DNA of 37,186 nucleotides from assembly GCA_040398005.1 (NCBI GenBank), contig JBBAUX010000006.1, forward strand, positions 83,854 to 121,039, in the 5' to 3' direction. Made by a program: the position numbers and the translations under genes. Numbering within the stretch: the first letter of the stretch is position 1; every line of letters begins with the position of its first letter. Origin of the DNA: Opitutales bacterium. GTDB lineage: Bacteria > Verrucomicrobiota > Verrucomicrobiia > Opitutales > UBA953. The notes below the pieces were generated by a model. That model saw only the letters and a program-made list of their open reading frames with translations. It was not told the DNA's origin and ran no database searches. This document shows positions 16,595 through 25,819 of the stretch, one piece after another.

Positions 16595-18211
16595 GTGAAA
16601 CTACCCCGTCGTCATTTTATCGCCCTCAGTGGCACTGCCCTGCTCGGTGCAGCGCTGCGTGCGCAATCCGATAATACAACCGAGAATTTTGATGTCTGTG
16701 TTTACAGCGCAACAGCCTCAGGTATCGCCGCGGCGATATCTGTAGCGGAACAAGGTTTCAGCGTGGTGATTGTCGAACCCAGCCGATGGCTCGGCGGCAT
16801 GAGTGGAGGCGGGCTGCACCGTATCGACTGGGGTAACAAAGCCAGCGTGGGCGGACTCGCGTTAAAATTATTGATTGATGACGATAACGTCGCGATGCGA
16901 AAACTTTACACGAAGTTATGTGCAGAAAAAAATATTAAAGTAATTTACGAACATCGCTTAAATAAAGTCGTCAAAGAAAACAGCCGCATCCAATCCATCA
17001 CTTTAGATTTAGCTCCGCCTGATTCTTTAGGTGTACCAGCAACCCAAGCGAAACAAGTTGAAGCTCGTCGCATTGCCGCCCGGGTGTTTATCGATTGCAG
17101 TTACGAAGGGGATTTAATGGCTCAGGCCGGAGTTTCGCATACCTACGGACGCGAAAGCCAAGACACTTACGATGAATCCTACGCGGGGGAACGTCCGGCC
17201 CTCGTGACCTACGATATCGACCCCTATAACACGCCAGGAAAGCCCTCCAGCGGGCTTTTACCCTTACTTCAAGACTACCAGCCGAAAGGTGCTGGCAAAG
17301 CGGATAAACTGACCATGGCGTACTGTTTTAGATGGAAGCTCAGCCGCCAGCCAGACCGCATTCCCTTTGCCTCACCTGAAAATTACGACCCACGTCAGTA
17401 CGAAATTTTCCGTCGTGCCTTTAAAAATAATATTAAAATTAATGCCGGGCTAAAAATGCGTCATCCAGGAAAATTAGAAGACTATCCGGGTGGTGGCGTC
17501 TTTAACGAAAACTCCAGTCGATCCCTCTGGGCACAGTCAATAGCGGGATCGAATCAGGAATACCCGATGGGCGATTGGGCAACGCGTTCTAAGATTTGGA
17601 AGTTCCATCAAGATTTCGTTCGCGGCATGGTCCACTTCCTGCGCACCGATGAAGTGGTTCCAGAAATTTATAAAAAATTAGCGAACGAGACGGGACTCAC
17701 TCCAGGAATTTTTGATGAGACCGCCGGCTGGCCGCACCAATTCTATGTGCGTGAAGCGCGACGTATGCAGTCGACCTACGTCATTACCCAGAAAGATTTA
17801 GAAGGCAGAGCTGGCTCAATCAGTGATTCCATTGGGCTCGGTTCGTACGGTATCGATGATTGGCCTTACGCGACGTATGCCGATCAAGGAAAGATTTCTA
17901 TCGGCGGCGGAGAATTCAGCATTCTTAAACCTAATCCTAGTTTTGACGGAGTACATGCTCTGCCCTACCGGGCGATTGTGCCCAGAGTTGAGGAATGTAC
18001 CAATCTGCTGGTGCCTGTGTGCTGTTCGGCGAGTCACATCGCTATGACCTCCATCCGCATGGAGCCCGTGTGGATTATCCTTGGTCAATCCGCCGGCCAT
18101 GCCGCTGTGCAAGCATTACGCGAAAAGGTTCCTGTGCAAAATATCAACGTGAGCAATCTGCAGAAAACTCTGGTCGCCCAAGAACAGAAAATTTCCTGGA
18201 CTGGAAAATAA
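16595..18211 (+). CDS. Tat-exported FAD-dependent oxidoreductase (FAD_oxidored / PF12831-like)
   Basis: Tat signal PRRHFI...ALRA; DVCVYSATASGIAAAI, LGGMSGGGL, IDCSYEGDL, YVREARRM and SASHIAMTSIRMEP motifs. Confidence 0.88.
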   Translation: MKLPRRHFIALSGTALLGAALRAQSDNTTENFDVCVYSATASGIAAAISVAEQGFSVVIVEPSRWLGGMSGGGLHRIDWGNKASVGGLALKLLIDDDNVAMRKLYTKLCAEKNIKVIYEHRLNKVVKENSRIQSITLDLAPPDSLGVPATQAKQVEARRIAARVFIDCSYEGDLMAQAGVSHTYGRESQDTYDESYAGERPALVTYDIDPYNTPGKPSSGLLPLLQDYQPKGAGKADKLTMAYCFRWKLSRQPDRIPFASPENYDPRQYEIFRRAFKNNIKINAGLKMRHPGKLEDYPGGGVFNENSSRSLWAQSIAGSNQEYPMGDWATRSKIWKFHQDFVRGMVHFLRTDEVVPEIYKKLANETGLTPGIFDETAGWPHQFYVREARRMQSTYVITQKDLEGRAGSISDSIGLGSYGIDDWPYATYADQGKISIGGGEFSILKPNPSFDGVHALPYRAIVPRVEECTNLLVPVCCSASHIAMTSIRMEPVWIILGQSAGHAAVQALREKVPVQNINVSNLQKTLVAQEQKISWTGK

Positions 18212-18212
18212 A

Positions 18213-19061
18213 TTAAAGGCGAATACGCAGTCGCGGAGAAACCGATGTGCCCGTTGGGGTCGGCTTTTTTATTTTCGCAGGAGGACCATCGCCCGATTCG
18301 CCTAAGGCCGCTAAAAATTCTTTGGGCAATGGTGATTCAACCCTGAAATGGAGTTTTTCGCCCTGCCAAGCGAGAGAAAGTTCGGTGAATTGAGCGTGTA
18401 GAAATAATCGTTTTAATCCTCGAGCCGTACCCGTGGTCTTATTGAAATCGAAATCTCCGTAGGTGCGATCGCCGAGAATGGGATGTCCGTGCTCAGCCGT
18501 CTGTACACGTAATTGGTGCGTACGACCCGTCCGCGGTTCGAGCTGTAATAAGGAAAGTGGTAAATTATTTTGGGCCGCACGCACCCATTGATAAACGGTG
18601 ATGGCCTGGGAGCCACCAGTTGATTTAGCGGAGGAGCGCACACTACCGCCTGGACCGGTTGATTTCACGAGGGAATCTTGCCAAGTACCGCGAGGGCTAC
18701 GCAGACCGCGACCTTTCACAATCGCCGCATATTTTTTTGAAACTTTTGATTCGGCAAATAACTCCTTAACCGCATCCGCCAATTTTTCGTCGAGACACAG
18801 CAGTAAAACTCCGCTGGTGGGTGAATCGAGACGGTTGAGGAGATAAACTTTTCTCACGCCACCCTTACCATCGCGAATATGGAAAGCCTCTTCGGCCATG
18901 GAATAATTAGTGTCGATGAGAACCGTTTCTTTTTCTTTTTTTTCGCTGGAATTAGGATGGGCCAGAACGCCTGCAGGTTTTTCGACCGCAAAGAGTCCAG
19001 CGGGGTGAATTTCTAAAATCTTCACACCAGAGGCAAAAGGAATCCATTCCAGTGTCGTCAT
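18213..19061 (-). CDS. RluA-family RNA pseudouridine synthase
   Basis: VEKPAGVLAH, NRLDSPTSG (catalytic Asp), TGRTHQLRVQ, GHPILGD and RLFLHA motifs. Confidence 0.93.
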   Translation of the reverse strand: MTTLEWIPFASGVKILEIHPAGLFAVEKPAGVLAHPNSSEKKEKETVLIDTNYSMAEEAFHIRDGKGGVRKVYLLNRLDSPTSGVLLLCLDEKLADAVKELFAESKVSKKYAAIVKGRGLRSPRGTWQDSLVKSTGPGGSVRSSAKSTGGSQAITVYQWVRAAQNNLPLSLLQLEPRTGRTHQLRVQTAEHGHPILGDRTYGDFDFNKTTGTARGLKRLFLHAQFTELSLAWQGEKLHFRVESPLPKEFLAALGESGDGPPAKIKKPTPTGTSVSPRLRIRL

Positions 19062-19065
19062 TGTT

Positions 19066-19968
19066 TTAGAGGTAGTGAAACGTGATAGTCACCGTCTGCT
19101 CATTCCCAAAAAGGGCAACCATATCTTCGCGCCAGTTGTCGAAGGGCGCTGGGGCCATGACCGCATCTTTACAGGCCAGTGCCATCACTTGGGCGACGTC
19201 GCTGTGAAGAATTTCTGCATTCACCACGCTGCCATCGCGACAAAGACTGAATCTTACAACGACACTGCCCCGCGACACCGATTCGAAACGTGCACGATCA
19301 ATGAGGGCCCACCAGCTGGATTGAATCGCCTCCATCATCCGTTGGGAGTAATCACCATAATTACTGAACTTGGCATCAACCGCAATGGCACCCGCTCGAT
19401 TTACACCGACATTATTCTTGAGCAGAATACCCATCGTACCCGAAGGAATCGTGGCCCGGGGACGATCGGGAATTGATTCACTTTGATTGGATTTTTTTGT
19501 CTCTACTAAATTCTTTTTAGGTAAATTTCCGTTCAGTCCAACAGTAGGGGTTCCAGCACTTTGCGATTTATCCGACAAGTCACTTTCTTCAATGGCACGA
19601 GGGATGCCTTGAGAAACTTTAATCGCGCCAGCACTCTCCCCTGCCGATCGCGGCAAGGAAGAGGTGGTTTTAATTTTTTCCGGAATTGGCTGGGCAGCAC
19701 TTTGATTTTTCGCTGCGATGTAATCTGATTTATCGGGAACGGTACGATTGGCCTGAACATTCACTTCAGCCAGACGCATCGAGGGAGGTAAGCGATTTGC
19801 GGGGACCACCACGGGTGCTACCTGTACTTCCACGGGATGGAGCGTAATTAATCGCTGGGTAAATACAGGAGGAACAACGAGCCACAATGTGAGGTGTAGA
19901 ATAACGGTAATCGCAAAGGCGAATACTGGCGGAACGACCTCGGTGTATCGTGGGTGCAACACGCCCAT
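19066..19968 (-). CDS. TonB/TolA C-terminal domain protein with N-terminal membrane anchor (true start may be GTG 19962)
   Basis: TM segment with His (ITVILHL), low-complexity linker, C-terminal GSVVVRFSLCRDGSV...APAPF...ITFHY. Confidence 0.75.
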   Translation of the reverse strand: MGVLHPRYTEVVPPVFAFAITVILHLTLWLVVPPVFTQRLITLHPVEVQVAPVVVPANRLPPSMRLAEVNVQANRTVPDKSDYIAAKNQSAAQPIPEKIKTTSSLPRSAGESAGAIKVSQGIPRAIEESDLSDKSQSAGTPTVGLNGNLPKKNLVETKKSNQSESIPDRPRATIPSGTMGILLKNNVGVNRAGAIAVDAKFSNYGDYSQRMMEAIQSSWWALIDRARFESVSRGSVVVRFSLCRDGSVVNAEILHSDVAQVMALACKDAVMAPAPFDNWREDMVALFGNEQTVTITFHYL

Positions 19969-20003
19969 AACCTAATTATGAAAGCACAGACCGCAAGAAC
20001 GAC

Positions 20004-20600
20004 TCACGAACGCTTCCAGTGATTTTCTAAACCCAGTTCTTTAATACGTTGCACAACAAATTCAATCGGGAGTCCCATAATCGTCGAAATAGGTTCTTGG
20101 TAAGATTCAATGATTAATTCTTTACCCTGTTGGATGCCATAGGCACCGGCTTTATCTAGTGTATTAGTAACCGATTGATAGCGTGTGATGACCTCATCTC
20201 CAAAGGGCTTAAAACGAACCCAGGCAGTGATATCATGACACTCGTGAATGTTGAAGGGCGGATAAATAAAACAAACACCCGTGTGCACGGTATGTTCGCG
20301 TCCGGATAGACTCCGCAGCATTTCACGTGATTCCTCCAAGTTTGCGGGCTTATTCAAAACGCGATCACCGAGTGCCACCGTGGTATCCGCACCTAAGATA
20401 AAAGCGTGCGGATGAAGTTTCGAAACGGCGTCAGCTTTGATGCGCGCATTATGCAAAACCATATCGCGAGGATTACTCGTCGGGTCCTCGTGTTCGGTGA
20501 CTTTGGAGACTACGATTTTATGAGGAATGCCGGCTTCGTTCAGTAATTCAGTGCGACGCGGTGAGCCCGAAGCTAAAATAAACTGAATCACTTCGCCCAC
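20004..20600 (-). CDS. maf: Maf-family nucleoside triphosphate pyrophosphatase
   Basis: ILASGSPRR, GADTTV, LSGREHTVHTG, DKAGAYGIQ and MGLP motifs. Confidence 0.94.
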   Translation of the reverse strand: MGEVIQFILASGSPRRTELLNEAGIPHKIVVSKVTEHEDPTSNPRDMVLHNARIKADAVSKLHPHAFILGADTTVALGDRVLNKPANLEESREMLRSLSGREHTVHTGVCFIYPPFNIHECHDITAWVRFKPFGDEVITRYQSVTNTLDKAGAYGIQQGKELIIESYQEPISTIMGLPIEFVVQRIKELGLENHWKRS

Positions 20601-20604
20601 TCGC

Positions 20605-21630
20605 TTAGTGATGACTCGGTTTCCAACGCACCACGCGGTTGGCCAAGTATTTCACGTACACATCTTGATCATTCAAACAAGGAATCTGTTCAAACGATTC
20701 ACCACCGGCGTGCATGAAATCCTCTTTGCCTTCTTCGCAAATTTCTTCGATCGTTTCTAGGCAATCGGCGGTGAAGGCTGGGCACATCACGAGAAGTTTT
20801 TTGATACCCTCATCAGGCATAGCTTCTAATCTTTTATCGGTGTAAGGCGGAACCCATTTTTCTGGTCCGAAACGAGATTGGAAAGCGACTTCGACTTGCT
20901 CAGGACGTAAACCGGCGGCTTCGGTAAAGAGACGAGTGGTTTCGACGCACTGATGCTTATAGCAGGTCGCGTGACAGGGGCTGGCAACGGCACAACAATT
21001 GGGGACCTTGGTGCAATGGGCCTTGGAGGGATCGCCCTTACGCAGGTGTCGCTCGGGCACGCCGTGATAGGAAAAAAGTAACTTATCGAAAGGCTTACTC
21101 AACCAAGGTTTAGCAGATTCAACCAACGCTTGAATATAAGCGGGGTCATTAAAGAAAGGCTGCAGAACATGATACTTTAAATCGGGAGCGAGTCGTTTGA
21201 GTTCTTCTTGAATTTTAACCACGACGGTTTCGTACGAAGACATCGCATAGTGCGGGTATTGCGGCATGACGAAAAGATCGTCGATGCCCATATCGATAAC
21301 CTTTTGCACGGCTTCAGCGCAGGAAGGAGTTCCGTAACGCATACCAGTGATTACAGGAAGACCTGTGGCTTTTTCTAATTTAGCACGGAGCTTTTCGGTC
21401 GTTACTAATAAAGGTGCACCTTCAGGTGTCCAAACCGTCGCGTAAGCGGCGGCGGATTTTTTAGGGCGAGTGCGGAGGACGATACCTTCGAGGAGAGCGA
21501 AACGGAAAGCCGCTGGATAATCGATGACGCGTTCGTCGCCGAGAAATTCTCGCAAATAATTTCGGACATCGGGTACGGAGGTACTTTTCGGTGAGCCTAA
21601 ATTGAGGAGTAAAATTCCTTGGCGAGACAT
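20605..21630 (-). CDS. hemH: Ferrochelatase with internal Cys-rich insertion
   Basis: GILLLNLGSP, FSYHGVP, FQSRFG, PYT, FTADCLETIEEI and IPCLND motifs. Confidence 0.97.
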   Translation of the reverse strand: MSRQGILLLNLGSPKSTSVPDVRNYLREFLGDERVIDYPAAFRFALLEGIVLRTRPKKSAAAYATVWTPEGAPLLVTTEKLRAKLEKATGLPVITGMRYGTPSCAEAVQKVIDMGIDDLFVMPQYPHYAMSSYETVVVKIQEELKRLAPDLKYHVLQPFFNDPAYIQALVESAKPWLSKPFDKLLFSYHGVPERHLRKGDPSKAHCTKVPNCCAVASPCHATCYKHQCVETTRLFTEAAGLRPEQVEVAFQSRFGPEKWVPPYTDKRLEAMPDEGIKKLLVMCPAFTADCLETIEEICEEGKEDFMHAGGESFEQIPCLNDQDVYVKYLANRVVRWKPSHH

Positions 21631-21660
21631 AGGTTGAGAAAGTCAGGAGCGAGCCGAAAG

Positions 21661-22692
21661 TCAAACGCCTGAATGAACAACTGTATCAAGAACGGCGGCT
21701 AAAGTATCGATTTGCGCATCGGGCGTAATACCATGGCCCAGATTAAAGATATGACCCAGGTCGCCGGCGTTATCCTTTAAAATTTGCTGGGTTGCTTGGA
21801 TAGCGGCATCGGGCTTCCCGACAATGAATTCAGGATTCAAATTACCCTGAATACAAAGGGGGCGATCGACCAAGGCACGCACGTTTGAGATCGGCATGGT
21901 CCAATCCACTCCGAGACAAGGGACTCCCGTTTTTGCTAAGGCAGCGGCATCGGCCGACTTACCTTTAGCATAAAGAATGATGGGGGCTTGTGGTGGGAGC
22001 AGTGCGATGACTTCGCGGATGTAGCGCAGAGAAAATTCTTCGTAGTCCTTTCCTGCCAACACTCCGGCCCAGCTATCAAAAATCTGGATCGCATCGGCAC
22101 CCGCTAAAAGTTGTTCCTTTAAATAACCTGCGACTGTTTGAGTGAGAACATTTAGAATCTGGTGAACAAACTGAGGGTTCGATTTCACCAAAGATTTCAT
22201 TTTGGGAAATTCTTCTGATCCGCCACCTTCAACGAGGTAACAAGCGAGGGTCCACGGTGAACCCGCAAAACCGAGGAGTGCTTTATTCGTTCCCAATTCT
22301 TTTCTTAATAATCTTAAAGCCTTATAAACATAATCTAGGCGCTCGATGGCACCCGCGGGTTGGAGTAACGCTAAATCATTTTCCGTCTGCAGGGATTTTT
22401 CCATGGCGATACCGCCCTCATCACGAAAGCGGTAACCCACACCGAGGGCTTCAGGAATGACTAGGATATCACTGAAGAGAATGGCCGCGTCTAATTGCGC
22501 GAAACGACGTAATGGCTGTAAGGTGACTTCGACCGCTAAATCGGGTGTGCGCACCATCGTGACGAAGTCGGATTGCGCTTTGAGTTTCCGGTACTCAGGT
22601 AAATAACGACCCGCTTGACGCATGATCCAGACTGGGGGGCGTCCGTGAGGGAGGCGATGGAGGGCAGCTAAAAAGCGGTCACGTGAATTCAT
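21661..22692 (-). CDS. hemE: Uroporphyrinogen decarboxylase
   Basis: PPVWIMRQAGRYLPEY, AILFSDIL, GSPWTLACY, QIFDSW and IFNLGHGI motifs. Confidence 0.98.
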   Translation of the reverse strand: MNSRDRFLAALHRLPHGRPPVWIMRQAGRYLPEYRKLKAQSDFVTMVRTPDLAVEVTLQPLRRFAQLDAAILFSDILVIPEALGVGYRFRDEGGIAMEKSLQTENDLALLQPAGAIERLDYVYKALRLLRKELGTNKALLGFAGSPWTLACYLVEGGGSEEFPKMKSLVKSNPQFVHQILNVLTQTVAGYLKEQLLAGADAIQIFDSWAGVLAGKDYEEFSLRYIREVIALLPPQAPIILYAKGKSADAAALAKTGVPCLGVDWTMPISNVRALVDRPLCIQGNLNPEFIVGKPDAAIQATQQILKDNAGDLGHIFNLGHGITPDAQIDTLAAVLDTVVHSGV

Positions 22693-22698
22693 ACGCTT

Positions 22699-23580
22699 TT
22701 ATACCCAATCTCTTGGTTTGAGATAATGCGAGAGCAGTTTTGCTTCGGCGGTGCCTTCGGCCGGTTGATGGCCGTAAACCCAACGAACCAGCGGGGGCAG
22801 CGACATTAAAATAGATTCGGTACGACCGCCTGATTGGAGTCCGAAGATAGTTCCCCGATCCCAAACTAAATTAAATTCGGCGTAACGACCACGACGAATT
22901 TCCTGCCAGGTTTTTTCGTGTTCGGCGTAGGGTAAAGATTTTCGACGCTCAAGAATTTCGCAATACGCAGGACCGAAAGCGTTGCCAACTTTTTGTATGA
23001 GTGCGAAGGCGTTTTCGAATCCACCTTCGGTAAAGTCATCAAAAAATACGCCACCTACGCCGCGTTGTTCTTGGCGATGTTTAAGACGAAAATAGTCATC
23101 ACAATTTTTCTTAAACTTCGGATAATAATTTCCCGTCGCATGAGCGGAGGCTTGGTGCCAACTCACGACGTCTTCATCGAATCCGTAATAGGGCGTTAAA
23201 TCAAAACCTCCGCCGAACCACCAAACCGGGGAAGGCCCATCGGTGCAGAAAAAACGCACGTTCATATGGGCGGTCGGACAATAAGGATTTAAAGGGTGTT
23301 GAACGACTGAGACGCCCATCGCGCGGAATGAGCGTCCAACGAGTTCGGGTCGAGTTGCGGTGGCGGATGGTGGAAGTGAGTGGCCTTTAACATCAGAAAA
23401 AGCGACGCCACCTTTCTCGATTACTTGGCCACTGGAAAGGGTGCGAGTGATACCGCCCCCGCCCTCCGTTCGTTGCCATGGATCTTCTTTAAAACGTCCG
23501 ACGCCGTCGACAGACTCCAATTGCGCGCAGAGGCGATTTTGGAGGTCGAGCAAATAGCTGCGGACTGTTTCTGGATTCAT
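22699..23580 (-). CDS. hemF: Oxygen-dependent coproporphyrinogen III oxidase
   Basis: [31 protein letters not shown] and [34 protein letters not shown] motifs. ATG 23580 preferred. Confidence 0.97.
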   Translation of the reverse strand: MNPETVRSYLLDLQNRLCAQLESVDGVGRFKEDPWQRTEGGGGITRTLSSGQVIEKGGVAFSDVKGHSLPPSATATRPELVGRSFRAMGVSVVQHPLNPYCPTAHMNVRFFCTDGPSPVWWFGGGFDLTPYYGFDEDVVSWHQASAHATGNYYPKFKKNCDDYFRLKHRQEQRGVGGVFFDDFTEGGFENAFALIQKVGNAFGPAYCEILERRKSLPYAEHEKTWQEIRRGRYAEFNLVWDRGTIFGLQSGGRTESILMSLPPLVRWVYGHQPAEGTAEAKLLSHYLKPRDWV

Positions 23581-23585
23581 AGTGC

Positions 23586-23615
23586 AATTTAGGAGGCACT
23601 GGACATAAAGGTCAA
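23586..23615 (-). promoter_or_regulatory. Putative sigma70 promoter for leaderless hemF (hemF-hemE-hemH-maf)
   Basis: TTGACC-18 nt-TAAATT-5 nt-ATG on the minus strand. Confidence 0.55.
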
Positions 23616-23679
23616 TGATACCCAGCAAACAAAGAACGAATCCTTATCCGAGCCCCGATTAATCCTACTATTTCAATCG

Positions 23680-24354
23680 ATGAATCCTGAAACAAAATTA
23701 CTAGGCCTACTTATTTTAATAGGGATATTTGCGGGGCTGAGTCCTTGGTTGGCGTGGCGAAAAATTCAAGCCCTCGAAAAGAAACACGGCTCCAAACTTT
23801 TGGTCAGAGGAATTACCGGGGAACAGGCCGCAAAGATTATTCTGCTGCGTGGCGGGATCTCCCAAGTGAATGTGGATGAAACTTCGGTCATATTTTCGAA
23901 TCAATACGCTGCTCACGAGCCCGCGATTAAATTATCGAGCGATGTCTATTATGGTAAGAGACTTTTTGATGTAGCCAGGGCGGTGCGATTAGCGGGGCAT
24001 GCCTTACAGCATCGGGATCGACAATATGGAAAATTAAGTGCTTGGGAATCGCTGGTTATTTTCTGGGGCAATACCTGGCCACTGTTTGTTCTCCTGTCGC
24101 TATTAGGTAAGTCACGATTCTTGAGCGCCGTTGCCGTTTTCGCCGTGATCACGACCTTTCTGACGGTGGTACACTTTCTTAAATACTCTCAGGTTCGCGA
24201 TGCGGCGGCGCGCGGGAAAATCGTGTTAGCCGAGGCAAAACTCTTGGAGGGACACCCCTCCGAAGAAATCGATGCCGCCTTTAAGGCTGCTTGTTTAGAC
24301 TATTTAGCCCTACCCTACACCAGAACCTGGTGGCGATGGATGTTTTTTAAGTGA
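23680..24354 (+). CDS. YugP / Zn_peptidase_2-like membrane protein with degenerate zinc-binding motif
   Basis: GITGEQAAKIIL, IKLSSDVYYG, GHALQH and DAAARG match the family by eye, but HExxH reads RLAGH. Confidence 0.75.
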   Translation: MNPETKLLGLLILIGIFAGLSPWLAWRKIQALEKKHGSKLLVRGITGEQAAKIILLRGGISQVNVDETSVIFSNQYAAHEPAIKLSSDVYYGKRLFDVARAVRLAGHALQHRDRQYGKLSAWESLVIFWGNTWPLFVLLSLLGKSRFLSAVAVFAVITTFLTVVHFLKYSQVRDAAARGKIVLAEAKLLEGHPSEEIDAAFKAACLDYLALPYTRTWWRWMFFK

Positions 24355-24394
24355 ACTTTTGTCCGTTTCTAGTGTTTTATAGTTATCAACTTTT

Positions 24395-25027
24395 ATGAAT
24401 AAAAATCGGTCATTTTGGATACTCACAATCTTCGTGGTAGCAGGCGGTGGATATCTCGTTGCAAAATTTGTTAACCCCGAAGGCACGCCGGTGAGCAAGA
24501 TACCCTCGAGGACAAAAGTAGAAGCAACTAGCTCGAATGAAGGGAGTCGATCCGTCGCTCGCCCTGCTAAGGATTTAAAACTCGATACCAGAAATAATAT
24601 TAAGCCTGATAAAGGTGAAGAGCCCACGAGTAATCCTGTGGTTACCAAGGAAGCCCTAGAAGAAAAATTTAAAAACTTCCGTGAAGAAGGACGGAAAAAT
24701 TTTGAAGAGGCCGTGGGTGCAAATTGGGGTCGATTACGTAAGGTGATGGAAGCGAATCCCGAAATTCAACAACTCTGGATGCAACAGCGTGAGCTTCGCG
24801 AGAAGTGGGCGACGATGAGCGACGAGGAAAAACCGGCGGCGCTGGAGCAAATGACAGCGTTGAGAGAAAAAGGTCTGGGATTAATCAAAGTGGAATTTGC
24901 CAAGCCCGAGACACCTGACCCTACGGCAGCACCAGCAAATCAGGGCACAGCCGAGCCAGCGCCACCCCCGGAGCCCACCGCGGAAGGACCAGCACCTAAC
25001 GCACCACCCCCTGCCGTTATTCAGTGA
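24395..25027 (+). CDS. Hypothetical membrane-anchored or exported helical protein with Pro-rich tail
   Basis: N-terminal hydrophobic segment, charged helical core (EANPEIQQL...MSDEEK) and P/A/E-rich C-terminus. Confidence 0.75.
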   Translation: MNKNRSFWILTIFVVAGGGYLVAKFVNPEGTPVSKIPSRTKVEATSSNEGSRSVARPAKDLKLDTRNNIKPDKGEEPTSNPVVTKEALEEKFKNFREEGRKNFEEAVGANWGRLRKVMEANPEIQQLWMQQRELREKWATMSDEEKPAALEQMTALREKGLGLIKVEFAKPETPDPTAAPANQGTAEPAPPPEPTAEGPAPNAPPPAVIQ

Positions 25028-25784
25028 GAGTGTGGTCAGAGACTAAACGGCGATAGCCGTGGATAAGTTTTTTGATGGTCTCAAACTGACTATTTTTTTC
25101 GGCCATATTCTCGTCGATGTAGAGATCACGGCGGACTTCAATCATCACGGACTGAACTCGACGATCTATTGATTTATAAATTTGTGCGGGAATTATAGTT
25201 CCCTGAAAAGGTTCATTTAATCCTACTGATAGTCCGTGAGACTTAAAATAATTTTGGGTCAGTTCGATAAGTTCAAGCGAAGTAAATGAATCATCGGTGC
25301 CGATACCGATTTCGGGAGTAGACATATAATTTGTCTGAGTGGGTAGTGGCTCAGTTGGGTAGCTATGTCCGTCGATAATCACACAACGATTAAATCTTTT
25401 AAAAATCTGATTTACCTTTTCGTTAAAAATTTGGTGATGCGGATCGTAATAGTTTTTAATGAGCTCTTCGCGACGGAGAGGAGACAGATTGCGCAGAGGT
25501 GCTCCCCCTGTTGTCTTCACGTAAGTTACGCCCATTCCTACTTTAGCGCAGGGCTCTTCGTCGTCGGACGCAAAACGTTCAACATCGACGACTAGTCTAG
25601 AATGTTGGAATTGATGTACGTTTTGCGGGGCCCAGTCCGCTCCGAATAACTCATCTGTATACCAGTCAGTCAGTCGGATCAGTTCACGCCACATTTCCCC
25701 TTCCGAAGGCAAAAAGTCCTTAAAATCCCCCTTAGTTATAGCGCTAGACGCGTGGGGAATATGAACTAAGACGGGTGAATCCAT
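25017..25784 (-). CDS. N-formylglutamate amidohydrolase family protein
   Basis: HIPHAS, TDWYTDELF, SRLVVDVERF, YYDPHH, IDGHSY, NEPFQG and MIEVRRDLY motifs. Confidence 0.9.
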   Translation of the reverse strand: MDSPVLVHIPHASSAITKGDFKDFLPSEGEMWRELIRLTDWYTDELFGADWAPQNVHQFQHSRLVVDVERFASDDEEPCAKVGMGVTYVKTTGGAPLRNLSPLRREELIKNYYDPHHQIFNEKVNQIFKRFNRCVIIDGHSYPTEPLPTQTNYMSTPEIGIGTDDSFTSLELIELTQNYFKSHGLSVGLNEPFQGTIIPAQIYKSIDRRVQSVMIEVRRDLYIDENMAEKNSQFETIKKLIHGYRRLVSDHTLTE

Positions 25785-25790
25785 GGCAAT

Positions 25791-25819
25791 ATCCTAAAGA
25801 AAAATGAGGGGGTTAGCAC
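25791..25819 (-). promoter_or_regulatory. Putative sigma70 promoter for leaderless amidohydrolase gene
   Basis: GTGCTA-17 nt-TAGGAT-6 nt-ATG(25784). Confidence 0.5.
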
